Shown here piece by piece: positions 47,232 through 59,190 of a stretch of 64,000 nt of DNA. Origin of the DNA: Gekko japonicus (taxonomy: Eukaryota); NCBI RefSeq assembly GCF_001447785.1, contig NW_015170314.1:296965-360964 (forward strand), written 5' to 3'. Made by a program: the position numbers and the translations under genes. How positions within the stretch are numbered: the stretch's first letter is position 1; each line of letters starts with the position of its first letter. The notes beneath the pieces are model-generated. The model had not been told where the DNA came from. It did no database searches and saw only the letters and a list, made by a program, of their open reading frames with translations.

Positions 47232-48719
47232 GCATGGACGGCTTCAAGAGGGAATTAGATAAGCATATGGAGCAGAGATCCATCAGTGGCTATTAGCCAC
47301 AAGGTATAGATAGGAACTCTCCGTCTGGGGCAAGTGATGCTCTGTATCCTTGGTGCTGGGGGGGGGGGCAACAGGGGGAGGGATTCTAGTGTCCTGGCCC
47401 CACTGCTGGACCTCCTGATGGCACCTGGTCTTTTGGCCACTGTGTGACAGAGTATTGGACTAGACGGGCCATTGGCCTGACCCAACATTGGCTTCTCTTA
47501 TGTTCTTAAATAATCCACCCATTTTAACAGGGTGTGAAGCTGAAAAAGTCGGGAGCAGGAAAAAGTCCAGAAGAGGGCAACCAAGATGATAAGGGGGTTG
47601 GAGCACCTTCCGTACGAGGAAATGCTAAAGAGTCTGAGACTTTTCAGTTTAAAAAAAGAGATGACTGGGGGAGGGGGGGGCATCAAATTTTAACAATTTA
47701 TCAAATTGTGCCTGGGGTGGAAAAGAGTTGACAAAGAGATTTTTTTTTTCTCCCTCTCCCAAAATAGTATAACTTGAAGGCATCCAATGAAACTGACGGG
47801 CAGTAAGTTCAGGACAGACAAAAGGAAATACTACTCCCTCTAAGCTGTGGAGTCCTGTGAGCAAAAATTCTGCTTTGTGAGCTGCTGGCATTAACGTTGT
47901 GAGCGAGGGATTTGGCTGCTGCATTAATGAGTTTGCTCTGGAGCCCTCCTTCCTGAGCAGAGACAAAAATGTGTCTCAGCTATGCTGCCATAAGGGTTGG
48001 GGGTGGGGTGCTAGCTTGCCAGGACTGCTGTATTCCCTTCATCCCACAGATGATGATGGGAATAGCTCTTATAGCTCTATAGCTCTAGGACATACCTACG
48101 GGACCGCCTCTCCCCATTTGTTCCCCAACAAGCACTACGGTCCGGGACTAAACATCTCCTGGTGGTTCCAGGTCCCAAAGAGGCCAGACTAGCGGCGACT
48201 AGGGCTAGGGCTTTTTCGGTGGGGGCTCCTACCTTGCACAGTTCCGCAGGGCCTGCAAGACGGAGCTCTTCCGCCAGGCGTTTGAGGAGCCGCCACGACT
48301 GTTACCATCTGTCTACGACTATTACTATCTGTCCTAGCCCTTTATTACCAACTCGCCGTGAGCGCTAAAATGGTGGTACTGCATGGAGCTGTGGCCACTA
48401 AGGATACCATCCTGATGACGTCATCTGTTCCCTTGTTAGTTATTGTGGAGAGCACCTATGTTATACTGAATGTTTTTAAAATGCAGTTTTAATGATTTAT
48501 GTATTGGGCATTGGCCCCATCTGTATGCCGCCCTGAGCCTGTTCGCGGGGAGGGCGGGTTATAAATTTAAATAAATAAATACAGCTCTTTAATAAAGTAT
48601 AACCTTTCCAATACACTTGTACTCAGTTGTTGGCTGTGGAACCTGACATTGTGTGAGCTGGAGGCTATAAAAACTGTGAGCTGGCTGACACTAACTCAGC
48701 TTAGAGGGAACACTGGTGG

Positions 48720-49263
48720 CAGGGGCGGATGAAGGCTCACGGGTGCCTTCAGCACTGACCAATTTTGGTGCCCCCCCTCCCTTCCACACTGACCCCTAGT
48801 CCATTTTAGCGGTTGACCTGTCTGACCAAATAGAGAATACAGGTTGTAGCAATACAAAAATTTATTCATAGGATAACACGATACACTGTACAAACTAACT
48901 TGGGCTACGTAAAGTTCTGCAAAAATGCAATACAACATCTATTTTTAATATTTCACAAATTAAATGTATCAAAGTTCCAATACTCGTGACCCGAAAGGCA
49001 TTTTTCTGTATTTCATTTTCACAAAATCACTGATAACATCCTCGAAATTAATACCTCTCAGAATGTCTGCTTCAATTGTTAATATACACAGTGAGTTGAG
49101 TCTTCCTTGACGCATAACTGAGCTATTTGGGTTTTTTTACACATTTCAGTTGTGAGAAAGACCTCCCTGTTGTGCACCCTTCCCCCCAACTTTGTGGTGC
49201 CCCCTTTGGCCCTGGGGTCCCCAAGCACGTGCCTTCGTCTGCTTCATGGGGAATCCGCCCCTG
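48720..49263. mobile_element. hAT-type MITE (CAGGGGCGGAT ends)
   Basis: TIRs CAGGGGCGGAT/ATCCGCCCCTG; TSD ACTGGTGG/ACCGGTGG. Confidence 0.75.
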
Positions 49264-49379
49264 ACCGGTGGCGACCCCTCTTCTGAAGAACTGCGGCCAA
49301 GAGACCCTTTGAGCGGGAATCTGGGCTCCCAACACGTGCGCCAGCGTGGCAGGGGCGGTCCTCACGCAACCCGGCCTAC

Positions 49380-49960
49380 CTCACAAGGTTGTCGGGAGAC
49401 CATACAAGCACATGGGCCCGAGCTCCTGGAAGGAAGAAAAAAGGGAAAAGGGGGATCCGGCGCAGCCGACGAGCGAGCGGCCCCTTTCGGCACACGCGAC
49501 CCGCGGCGGCAGGAGAAGGAAAGGGCTCCTGTGCGGACACGCGTTCGGGCTTATTCACACGCGTCCCGCAGGTCGGTCGGCCCACCCGCCCAGCCGAAGT
49601 CTCGGCCCCGACCACGGTACCTACCGGGCTCAGGCAGTGCGCGGCGACGGAGGCTCCTGAGGCCTCGGAACCCGGAGAGCGGCGGGCGGGCGGGCGGGGC
49701 ATGGGGACCGCGGACGCGCCGCTTCCGCTTCCGGCAGAGTCGGCTTCCTGCTTCCGGCCGTTGCTATGGAGACGGCGTCGGCCGAGGCGAAGCGTCGCTT
49801 CGCCGCCCTCCGACAATTTCACGGTGGTTTCTTCTGAGTTTTTCAAATATTTCAATTTTTTTCGAGACACTTTTCAGGACTTTGAATAACTTCTGCAGCT
49901 TCGGGCGGCTTGCTCGCAAGTGAGACCTCCCTCCCCCCCCCCCCAACCCAGCGAGGACTT
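49380..49960. promoter_or_regulatory. CpG island / NKAPD1-PIH1D2 bidirectional promoter
   Basis: CpG-dense; four clustered CTTCC (ETS/GABP) cores at 49722-49757; X-box at 49760-49773; candidate non-coding first-exon donors at 49624 (minus, GTAGGT) and 49920 (plus, GTGAGA). Confidence 0.85.
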
Positions 49961-50359
49961 ACTCCCAAGTAGACCTCCTTTTCTTTTTTGATGTCACCGG
50001 GGGCCCTTCCTGAGCGTCTGACTGCTGCTTGGCAGGCAGAAATCCCTCTTTGCAGGAGCAAAGACGAATCAACACAACAGCCTTGCGAGGTTGTCCTGAT
50101 CTGAGTGGCAGGAGGAGAAGGAAGCGGCTGGCGGCATCAGAAGCCTTTGCTCCGTTTCTTTATCGCCACTCAGCCTGCTGATCAGAGCCTGTCCTTGGCT
50201 CACAGCCTCACTCCCATCTCTTCCAGTTTATCTTCACAACAACCCTGTGAGGTAGGCTGAGCTAACGGTGAGTCACTGGCCCCAGGTCACCCAGCAAGGC
50301 TCTATGGCGGAGTGGGGATTCGAACCTCTGCTCTCGAACCAATGTACCACATGCACGCC

Positions 50360-50572
50360 CAGGGCCGGCTCACTCACTAGGCAATCGCCTAGAGCGAGAT
50401 GGCCCTTAGGGGCACCAAACTGCACCCGGCCCCGTACTCTGGGAATTTCTTGATTATTTGTGTTTTTCATTCTTCCTAAAATGCATTTATTTTTTAACAT
50501 TGGTGGGCACACGGGGGGGGGGGGCATAAGGGACCCTCGCCTAGGGTGCAAAATAAGCTGGAGCCGGCCCTG
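50360..50572. mobile_element. hAT-type MITE (CAGGGCCGGCTC ends)
   Basis: Perfect 12-bp TIRs; perfect TSD TGCACGCC. Confidence 0.88.
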
Positions 50573-51694
50573 TGCACGCCCACAACCAATATGGCACATC
50601 CCATGCCATGCACAACTTGTGATATCTTGAACTGCAGCTGCTGAAGTGTATTCAGAAATTTTGAGAACCAGCTCTAGAAGAACGATTTTTTTCCCTGTTG
50701 TTTTTAACCCAAAGGACTGGCTGTCTTATTTTTGGTTCTTTAAGCAATGCAGGAAGAGCAGAACCCAGTCTAGCCTTCAACAATGTGTCTGGGGGGGAAG
50801 AGTTCAAGCAGAGATCCTTCCCATGCAAATAAAGCTGCTAGAAGCATGACTATAATTTTCATCTGTCAAATGCTGATTGTGTTAAAAGGGAATTAGATAG
50901 ATTCTTGGAAGAGGAGCTCATCAGTGGAGACTCCATGAGCAGAGGCAGTAAACCTCTGAATCCCAGTACTTAGGAGGCAAAATCAGGAGAAGGCCTTGGC
51001 CTCTATGCCCTGTCAGCTGGTTGGCCATGGGGTGAAACAGGATGCTGGACTAGATGAGCCACCTCTTTATTTTTTCATGGTTCTCGTAGTGTTGCTGTTG
51101 ATAGAAGCAAAAGACGAATGCTGAAATAGAACATTTGGTCAAAAGACTTTGGGACCACTTAAACTGCTTTCGGCAACTGCTGGAAGATCTCTCGCTATGC
51201 TTTGGTGGTGCTCCCCTCTGAAGGGGATATTTGTCCCCATATTATTTACAGGAAACTGGGGGCCTCAGGCTAAAATAGATTACCTAAAGACCTCATGCGA
51301 GCACCTGATTGGGGAGTGAATTAAACAGGGGACTTCCTAGTCACATTAGCAGTGAACATCACCTTTTACAAGGCGAACCTTTCTCCACCCCTGCATGTCG
51401 GGAAAAGCTGGCCCTGTCGCATTTCTGCCTGACAAGCAGTTGTCGGCACAAATAGGGCCAGCATAGACTTCTGAGACTAGTTGATGAAGGCCTCCATTTC
51501 TTCAAGGGGGTGAACTGAGGCTGGGGAATGAGGCTGGGTGAACTGAGTATGGGGAAATTGGGATGATTTAAAATCTTTTTTAAAATACAGATTTCCACTA
51601 GAAGCCTCTGCTGCTCCGCCTTGAATCCAGCTTTTCTTCCAGGTGCTACGCCTTGGCCGCTTCTGCCGCCTTGTCCATTACTTAAGAAGCAGCA

Positions 51695-51877
51695 ATGGAG
51701 GCCCTTGGTCGCTCAGAGGACGTGCTGGCAAAGGCATCCCAGGTCTGGACGATGCTGGACGACATGGCCGAGAATTCTCCAGAGAGCTACCGCCAATTCA
51801 TACAGCAACAGCTCAACAGCGCAAAGCAGCATTACGCTCCTCCCGAGCCACATCTGTGCGTGGAAGCCCGGATCTTG
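51695..51877 (+). CDS. PIH1D2: PIH1 domain containing 2, first coding exon
   Basis: MEALGRSEDVLAKASQVWTMLDDMAENSPESYRQFIQQQL...PEPHLCVEARIL|GTATGT; upstream acceptor ttttcttccAG at 51641-51642. Confidence 0.93.
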
Positions 51878-52731
51878 GTATGTTAGCGATGGACGCTGAA
51901 AACCATTGAGTTGTGCAGAGGTCCCCAGACTTTTACAGCCTGCCCTGCGGGCACCTTTGGAATTCTGACACAGTGTGGTGGGTAGCGTTCCCTCTAGGCT
52001 GAGTTCGTGTGAGCCCGCTCACAGTTTTTTAGCCTCCGGCTCACACATTTTTGTCTTCGCTCAGGAAGGATGGCTCCAGAGAAAACTGATTTATGCAGCA
52101 GCCAAATCGCTCGCTCCCAACTATACTGGCAGCAGCTCACAAAGTGGAATTTTTGCTCACAAGACTCCACAGCTTAGAGGGTGCATCGGTGGGCGCAGCC
52201 ACAAAATGGCTGCCACAGCTTACCTTCAACCCCATAGTGAAAATCCGTGAGCTGTTGTTGCAGCTGCCGCCAAAGCAACATTGTTAAAAATCTGCACAGC
52301 CAATCCGATCTCCAGTGGCCAGTTAGAAGCGCAGCTCGCCAAAAGCCCCACATGGCCACACCCACTTGGTGGGCATCAGTAAAGGTGTGGGCAGGCACCC
52401 GTGGGCACCACACTGGGGGCACCACACTGCACTAGTGGGATGCAGTTGTGACAGGCGTGTCTACTTAATCTGCATTTTGCAGTCAAGTTCAGACTACAAA
52501 AGACAAATCAGATAGACATGCCTACAGTATGTAGATAAACTGTATTAGGAACTGGCACAATGGAGAGATCAGATGCAATTGTATTATCTTCTTCAGCTCA
52601 TACTCCAAAAACACAATTCAGGGCAAAAATCCTGCTGATGGGTCATGCGTGCAGAACAGCGAGGTTACTGACGACTGCCTCATTTCACTGTCAGCTTTAG
52701 TAACAAAACAGGTTTTGAATTCCCTTTGCAG

Positions 52732-52852
52732 GAGCCAACTGAAACCCGATTGTTTGTTAACCTCTGCAGTTGGAATAAAGTCCCCCCTCCCCAGTCCCAA
52801 TCCGATCCAGTCCCGTTAAGCGCCGGCAAAATGGATACGTTTGCAAAGTCAG
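52732..52852 (+). CDS. PIH1D2: PIH1D2 exon
   Basis: 121 bp, tttgcAG|GAG...TCAG|GTGAGC; EPTETRLFVNLCSWNKVPPPQSQSDPVPLSAG (PIH1 N-domain FvNlC motif). Confidence 0.93.
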
Positions 52853-53220
52853 GTGAGCAGAGAAACTAGGGAATGCCAAGCTTCCTGTTTTGCATCTTGA
52901 TTCTGTGGGGTGTTGGCGGAAGAGCTCGATGCTGAATCTTGTCCCTCCACAAAGAGGTCTGCATAGAGGTGGCAGCGATGAATGTACCACTGTGTCGTTA
53001 AGGACGACTTGTTCCCATATGGTCCTGCCCAGGCACTACATTCATAAGCACTAGCCACCTGTGGTGCTTCAGCTTCAGAATGATATAGTGGTGGACTACA
53101 ATCTGGGATACCCAGGTTTCAATCCCCCCTCTGCTCTGGAAGTTTGCTGGGTGACCTTGGGCCAGTCACACTCTCAGCCTAACCCACATCACAGCATTGT
53201 TGTGAGGACAAAATGGAGAA

Positions 53221-53523
53221 ATTAGCTGTTGTAGATAATCCGGGTTGTACAGCCATGGTCTTGGCATTGTAGGACCTGACGTTCCGCCAGTAGCTGTGAC
53301 TGGCATCCTCAGAGGTATAACACAGAAGGATGGAGTACTCTCTCTGTCATCTTTGGAGTACTTGACACAGAGAGAGTACTCCCATCTTTCTGGGTTATAC
53401 CTCTGAGGATGCCAGTCACAGCTACTGGCGGAACGTCAGGTCCTACAATGCCAAGACCACGGCCGTACAACCTGCAAAATCTACAACAGCTAATGAACTC
53501 GGGCTGTGAAAGCCTTTGACAAC
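53221..53523. mobile_element. Penelope-like element terminal foldback with hammerhead motif
   Basis: About 135-bp inverted arms, 3' extension ...GTGAAAGCCTTTGAC, flanking ACAAAATGG duplication. Confidence 0.85.
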
Positions 53524-54683
53524 AAAATGGGAAATGTTGGGCCTCTTCACTGACATTCTCCTGGTTATGAAATGTGCTCCCTCTTTTCTTGCACTTCTCA
53601 CTTCCTCTAGGGTTGCCAACCTCCAGGTGAGGCCTGGAAACCTCCCACTATCACAACTGATCTTTAGACAACAGAAATCTGCTGCCCTGGAGAAAGTGGC
53701 TGCATTGGAGGGGGGGCTACGGCCATGTGCCCTGATGAGGTCCCTCCCTTCCCTCCCCTTCTCCAAACCCCACCCACCCCAGGCTCCACCCCCAGTCTCT
53801 AGCTCTTTTCCCAGAGCTGGCAAAGATTTGTGAAGCACCACACACTTTTCTTTCCATGCTTGAGAGGAGACGGATAGCAGGGTCTCAATTAATTACTCTC
53901 AGCCTTCTACAGTGAAGGATACGTCTATTTTGACGTATTTATTTCCTTCACTGCTTTTGCCCCAGAATTGAAACCAAACAAATGGTTGCCATGTAAACTA
54001 AGCCTGTTATTCCTGTTTGGTCCTGGAATCTGTTAAACAGCTTCATTATGCTGTATGCTAATTTACTCTCTACCAATATGTATGGACTGGTAATTTCCAA
54101 TTTTGTTTCTGACTCTCTGCTCTAATTGGCCCTTCCTGGCAACTAACCCCGCCCCCTCTCTTTCTGTATGTAATGGTTGAGGAAATCCTGTTTCACTGTA
54201 TCTGAAGAAGTGTGTGTACCCATGAAAGCTCATACCTCGAATACAACTTTGTTGGTCTTAAAGGTGCCACTGGACTGAACTGTGTTCTACTTTTATTTCC
54301 AGAAGACCTTCTGATTCTTGCTCCCATGTTTCATCTCCAGCCTGATGGTCCCCTCTAACGGTGCAGAATGGAGCTTAGGCAGGGCTTATCTGCACTCTGC
54401 TTTAGTGTAGGTTACAAGTATACAGCTTTCACTGATTTTATATCTACTGACTCCACGTCACCTTATGCACAGTATAGGAGAGAGGTGGTATATATTCTAA
54501 ATGAGGTCTCTGTCTCCATCTCAAAGAGACAGAGCCGCACTATAACAGTGTGTATTCCACAACAGCAAAGTTAAATACGGTTTGAAGACCAGCTTTCGAT
54601 TTTGTTCTCACAGCTGGCTTGTGGTGTCACCCTCATGCAATCAGATCTACAGAGTGCAGTAATGAATTTGGGTCTCCTTTCAG

Positions 54684-54917
54684 AGCCTTACAGCATCGTC
54701 GATATCGCATACAACCCGTCTGTTCTCGAGGGGGGGAAGAACCCGTTAGAGGAGGACCAGCTGATTCGCTTGTCACTCAAGTTCGTCGAGGAGCGTTACA
54801 GCCTCGCTCTGTCCCCCACGTACAGTATGGCAAAGCGTAAGCTGAAAGGAAGCCTGGAAAGGATGAGGCACAGCTTGCGAGGAGGGCGGCCAACAGCGCC
54901 CCCTTCCGAAAAGAATG
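54684..54917 (+). CDS. PIH1D2: PIH1D2 exon
   Basis: 234 bp, tttcAG|AG...AATG|GTAAGC; YSIVDIAYNPSVL...QLIRLSLKFVEE...KLKGSLERM. Confidence 0.93.
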
Positions 54918-55556
54918 GTAAGCAGCTGTCCAAATCACAGGCAAGACTAAAAGCAAAGATGGGGTTCAGTTAACTTCTCCCTGAACTTCTGGGTTGGAGG
55001 CTCTTAGTTCGAGACCCGAGTGCCGCATGACGGAGTGAGCTCCCGTCCCTGGCCCCAGCTCCCGCCAGCCTAGCAGTTCGAAGCAAGAAATTGCAAGCAG
55101 ATAAATCGGTACTGCTTTGGTGGGAAGGTAACAGTGTTCCGTGTGCCTCGGTATCTAGCCACACCGGCCACATGACCACGGAAACGTCTTCAGATAGCGC
55201 TAGCTCTTCGGCTTGGAAACGGAGATGAGCACACACACCCCCTAGAGTTGGGTTCGACTGGCTTTCGAGCAAGGCTTTACTTACTAGATCAGCCCACTGG
55301 TCCACCCGGTTGCTTTGGAGGACTGAACAAAGGGCAAAGAGGCCGAGGCCTTCCCCAGCTGCTGCCTCCCAGAGTGCTGGTATCTAGAAGTTGGCTGCCT
55401 TTGTGTAGAGATGTTCCCTTTGGTCACCATGGCTAGTAGCCACAGATGGACTTCCCCTCAGTGAATCTGCCTTATCACCTTTGCAAGCAGGTGGCCATCG
55501 CCGCATCCATTGGCAGCAATCTGTTGACCACGGATTTCTTCCACTAATAGCAGCAC

Positions 55557-56169
55557 TAGAGATGTGAAGGCCAGGAAAAAAAACGGTAAAAATTTTTTTT
55601 GGGGGGGAAACGGGTTTTTTCCGTTTTTTTTCCTGAAGCCTTTTTGTTTTTTTCCAAATTGGAAAAATTGAAAAAAGAAAAAAAATGATTATGGAACGTT
55701 TTATTTTAACATGATGAATAAAATATTTTAAGACCAGGTGTTCAAATATTTTCCAAATCATTTCTAAAATATATATATATATGGTATCAGATTGATGTAA
55801 TTTCTGTGCACTGAGGACAAGCAAGTCCTAGGTTACAAACTAAACTCTCCAATGCAAGAACAAAATGCATTTCTTCCTTTAGGAGGTGCGATTGTCAGAA
55901 GAAAATAAAAGTTTCAGTTTTGTTTTTGCATGTGGGTGGGTATTCTGTTTGTAATAATTGTTTGGATACACTATATTTTTAATAGGCTAGTTGCGATAAT
56001 TTCATGCCAAGTAAAAATGTCCATAGTCATATTTTATGTTCCTAAAGTAACAGAATGACTTTCAAACTAGAAAAGACAAAAGAGGTGCTAATGTAGCATT
56101 TTTTTCCATTTTTCCGAAAATTTCCGTTTTTTCCCGTGCTTCAACATTTCCGGAAATTTTACATCTCTA
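55557..56169 (-). mobile_element. hAT-type family B copy
   Basis: Inverted relative to 38071-38672; perfect TSD AGCAGCAC. Confidence 0.92.
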
Positions 56170-56759
56170 AGCAGCACTGCCCTCTCGTGGCCAGGAGCCT
56201 TGCGGTAGGTGGGGGGGGGGGCTTGCATGGAAGGACAGTGCCACCATCAGTGGAAGAACCACGAGGCCCAGTGCCCTGCATAAGAAACACTGAAACATTG
56301 ACAGTGCTGCTGCAACTCAGTATTTTTTTTTTGTACCTTGGGCCAGTCATACTCTCAGCCTAACCGACCTCACAGGGTTGTTGTGAGGATAAAAAGGAGA
56401 TGGAAAGACTGTTATAAGCCACTGTTGTAACCCACTGGGGAGACACAGTTGGGGTACCAATGAAGTATAGAATCATAGAGTTGAAAGGGACCTCCAGGGT
56501 CATCTAGTCCATCCCCCTGCAGAAGTTTGTATAAATAAATACAAAATAAATACTTATTTACGTGTATACTAAATAGACACACAGTCTGTTACATAGAGGC
56601 TGACCGTAGGTTGCCCAGTACCAGTAAATTAACTCCTTTAGCTGCTAGCCCTAGAATTAAAAAAATTGGCATGAAGCAGGCAAAGGGCCATGAATTTGAC
56701 ACCTGTTACATACTGACACGGTCACCCATTCTAATATTTTTAAACCCCATGTATGAAAG

Positions 56760-57034
56760 GTTCCTTGCGGAAAGAGGTGACCCTTGACCAGCTGCGGAAC
56801 ATCACAGCACAGGCGGAAGACAGCAATCTGACTCTGCTTACCGAAAGGACCGTCCCCCGTAAAGCCTGCCTCATCGAGGAGATTTCGAGCGCAGAGCGGC
56901 CAGAGGAACCGAAGTCTCCGGCCTATGAAGTGACCACAAGGAAGGATGCCAGCGGAAGAGCCCTGCAGCTTGAAGTGAAAGTTGAAGTGCCAGCGGTGCG
57001 CCGCGTCTCCGAGTGTAACCTGAGCATTTCTAAG
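56760..57034 (+). CDS. PIH1D2: PIH1D2 exon
   Basis: VTLDQLRN...CLIEEISS...PAYEV...LEVKVEVPAV...CNLSISK|GTAGGT. The acceptor is uncertain (56760 or the in-phase alternative 56775). Confidence 0.88.
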
Positions 57035-57872
57035 GTAGGTCAGAACGATGAATTACGGTCGGCCCCACCTGCTCCCCCCTCCCCCCACCACCAGTCCCTT
57101 ATCGGTCTGGTGAGCCTGAGTCTCTGGTAGCAGTTCCACATCTTTGTTTACAGAAAGCTTTTCAGGAATGCAAGAGTAAATACTTGCACAGTTTCTAGCT
57201 GTCTCTGAAGAAGTGAGCAGTGACTCAGGAAGGCTCCTCCCCTGCCACAAATGTTGCTAGTCTTTAAGGTGCTCCTGGACTCCTCCTCTTTTCTGCGGCT
57301 ACGGACAGACTAAACTGGCTACCCAGTTTCACCTGTTTCCACTCCGCCTTCCTCCCCAGCAGGGACCCAAGGCAGCTGACATCGTTCTCTCCTCCATTTT
57401 AGCCTCACAACAATCCCTGTGAGGAAAGTCGGGCTGAAAGAGGGTGACTGGCCCAAGGTCACCCAGTGAGCTCCCAGGGCAAAACTGGGGATTTGAACCC
57501 AGGTCTCCAAGACACCAGTCCAACAGTGAAACCACGACACCACACTGGCTCTCTCTCTTTCTTCATAACAACCCTGTAAAGTCAGTTAGGTTAGGTTGAA
57601 AGAGTATCTGGCCCAAGGTCACCCAGCGAGCTTCCATGGCATGATTCAGAATTTGAACCCGGGTCTCCCAGATACGTCTGGCACTCTAAACCACCACCCC
57701 ACACTGGTTCTCCTTTACCACTCAAGCGATGCTGTCCGACACCCTGTTCCCCACAGTGACCTACCAGCTTCCCCCGACAGAGCCGGCCCCTATTTTTGCC
57801 CTCCCCCCCACCAAGGAGCCCTGGTCTTTGAAGCCTACTGCTTCTGAACATAGAGGTTCTTTCTTGTTTTAG

Positions 57873-58034
57873 GATGACCTGTTGATGGAATGCCCGCCTC
57901 AATACCGACTGCACCTGAGTCTGCCGGAGTCTGTGGAGGAAGAAGCCGCATCCGCAAGATTTTTCAAGAAGAAAGGGCTCCTGCTGGTCACGATGCCGGT
58001 TTGCCAACAGAACCAAGATCCGAGTACTGAGTGA
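57873..58034 (+). CDS. PIH1D2: PIH1D2 terminal exon (CS domain end)
   Basis: ttttAG|GATGAC; DDLLMECPPQYRLHLSLPESVEEEAASARFFKKKGLLLVTMPV...STE*; exons sum to 975 nt; AATAAA at ~58339. Confidence 0.93.
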   Translation, partial: DDLLMECPPQYRLHLSLPESVEEEAASARFFKKKGLLLVTMPVCQQNQDPSTE

Positions 58035-59159
58035 GCAATTATTTTAAAGGGGTTAAGTGCGCTGGCTCTTAGCCCGCATTCACTCCTCTGAGCCTTTGAG
58101 CAGGAAGCTCAGCTGCTCTTTGAACAGACGCGGTGCGCTGTCTACCACTGCCTAGAGATAAGATGCACCACCAGTAACAATGGAGATGCTGTCAGCAACA
58201 ATGGCTATACGCATAATATCCCTTAGCCCTCCTTCAGTCTCTACTCTATACTGGGCAAACCGTAAGAGATAACCACATGAGCCTTATAAAGCAATAGCAA
58301 ACTGTATACCGCTGAACAATTCCTACATTAACGGGAACAATAAAACACAGTAAAATTCTATGCTTCCCATGGTTTCTAGGATTGAAAGTACACCCGTGCC
58401 CTCTTCTCAAGAGTGCTGTTGCTTAGCTGGGGATATCAAATGTAAAGGTTTTCCCTGGCATTGCCCAGGGATTACCTGCAGATGGGCTGTTTAGATCTAC
58501 GGGAAACAGACCACTCACCACAGTTGCCCCCCCCCCCCGATCCGAAAATTGACTTTGAGTCTCTCCAGACACAAAGGTGCTCCTGCTGGTTCAGGAGACA
58601 AGAAAGAACCTCTGGGCTGCTGCACTCTCTGTTCTGATAGGGCTGTCCGTAAGGCAGACAAGAAGCTGCCTTGTACGGAATCAGACCCTCGGTCCGTCAA
58701 GGTCATTACTGCCTACTCAGACTGGCCACGGCTCCCCAGGATCTCGGGCAGAGAGAGGTCTTCACATCACATCCTGCCTGGTGCTTTTAACGGGGGGTTG
58801 AAGCGGGGACCTTCTGCATGCCAAGCAGCTGCTCTTCCACAGCCCCTCCCTCTCACGGCCCCTTGCAAAACAGTCAAGTTTCGATTATTCCAAAGAAAAG
58901 GCTTCAGTGAACCTGGATCCTAAAAAATAGCTCAGCAGCCCATCCACAGCTCGCATGAAAAAGCCTCTCCCTACAACACGTCCCCCTCCTCAGGCAGGAA
59001 AAGGTTTGGGTTAATTTTTTTCTGAGGTGGGTGTCAATCCAGCAAGGTAAGCCGTCTTCCCAAGCCATATGAGCCGCAGGGTCAGCTGTGTGTGCATTGC
59101 ACACGTCTGTAACACAAACACACACAGACACAAAGAAAGCACCGGGGACCAGGAAGAGC

Positions 59160-59190
59160 AGGGCTGATCAATTCCAAATGTTTAATGGAA
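59160..59190 (-). terminator. Probable DLAT polyadenylation site (3'UTR about 1.6 kb)
   Basis: ATTAAA on the minus strand at 59181-59186, followed by a GU-rich downstream element (tgtgtctgtgtgtgtttgtg). The interval to the stop codon is nearly repeat-free. Confidence 0.6.

Noticed and set aside
49192-49923. 243-aa and overlapping ORFs
   Set aside because: Stop-poor CpG island; composition typical of spurious frames.
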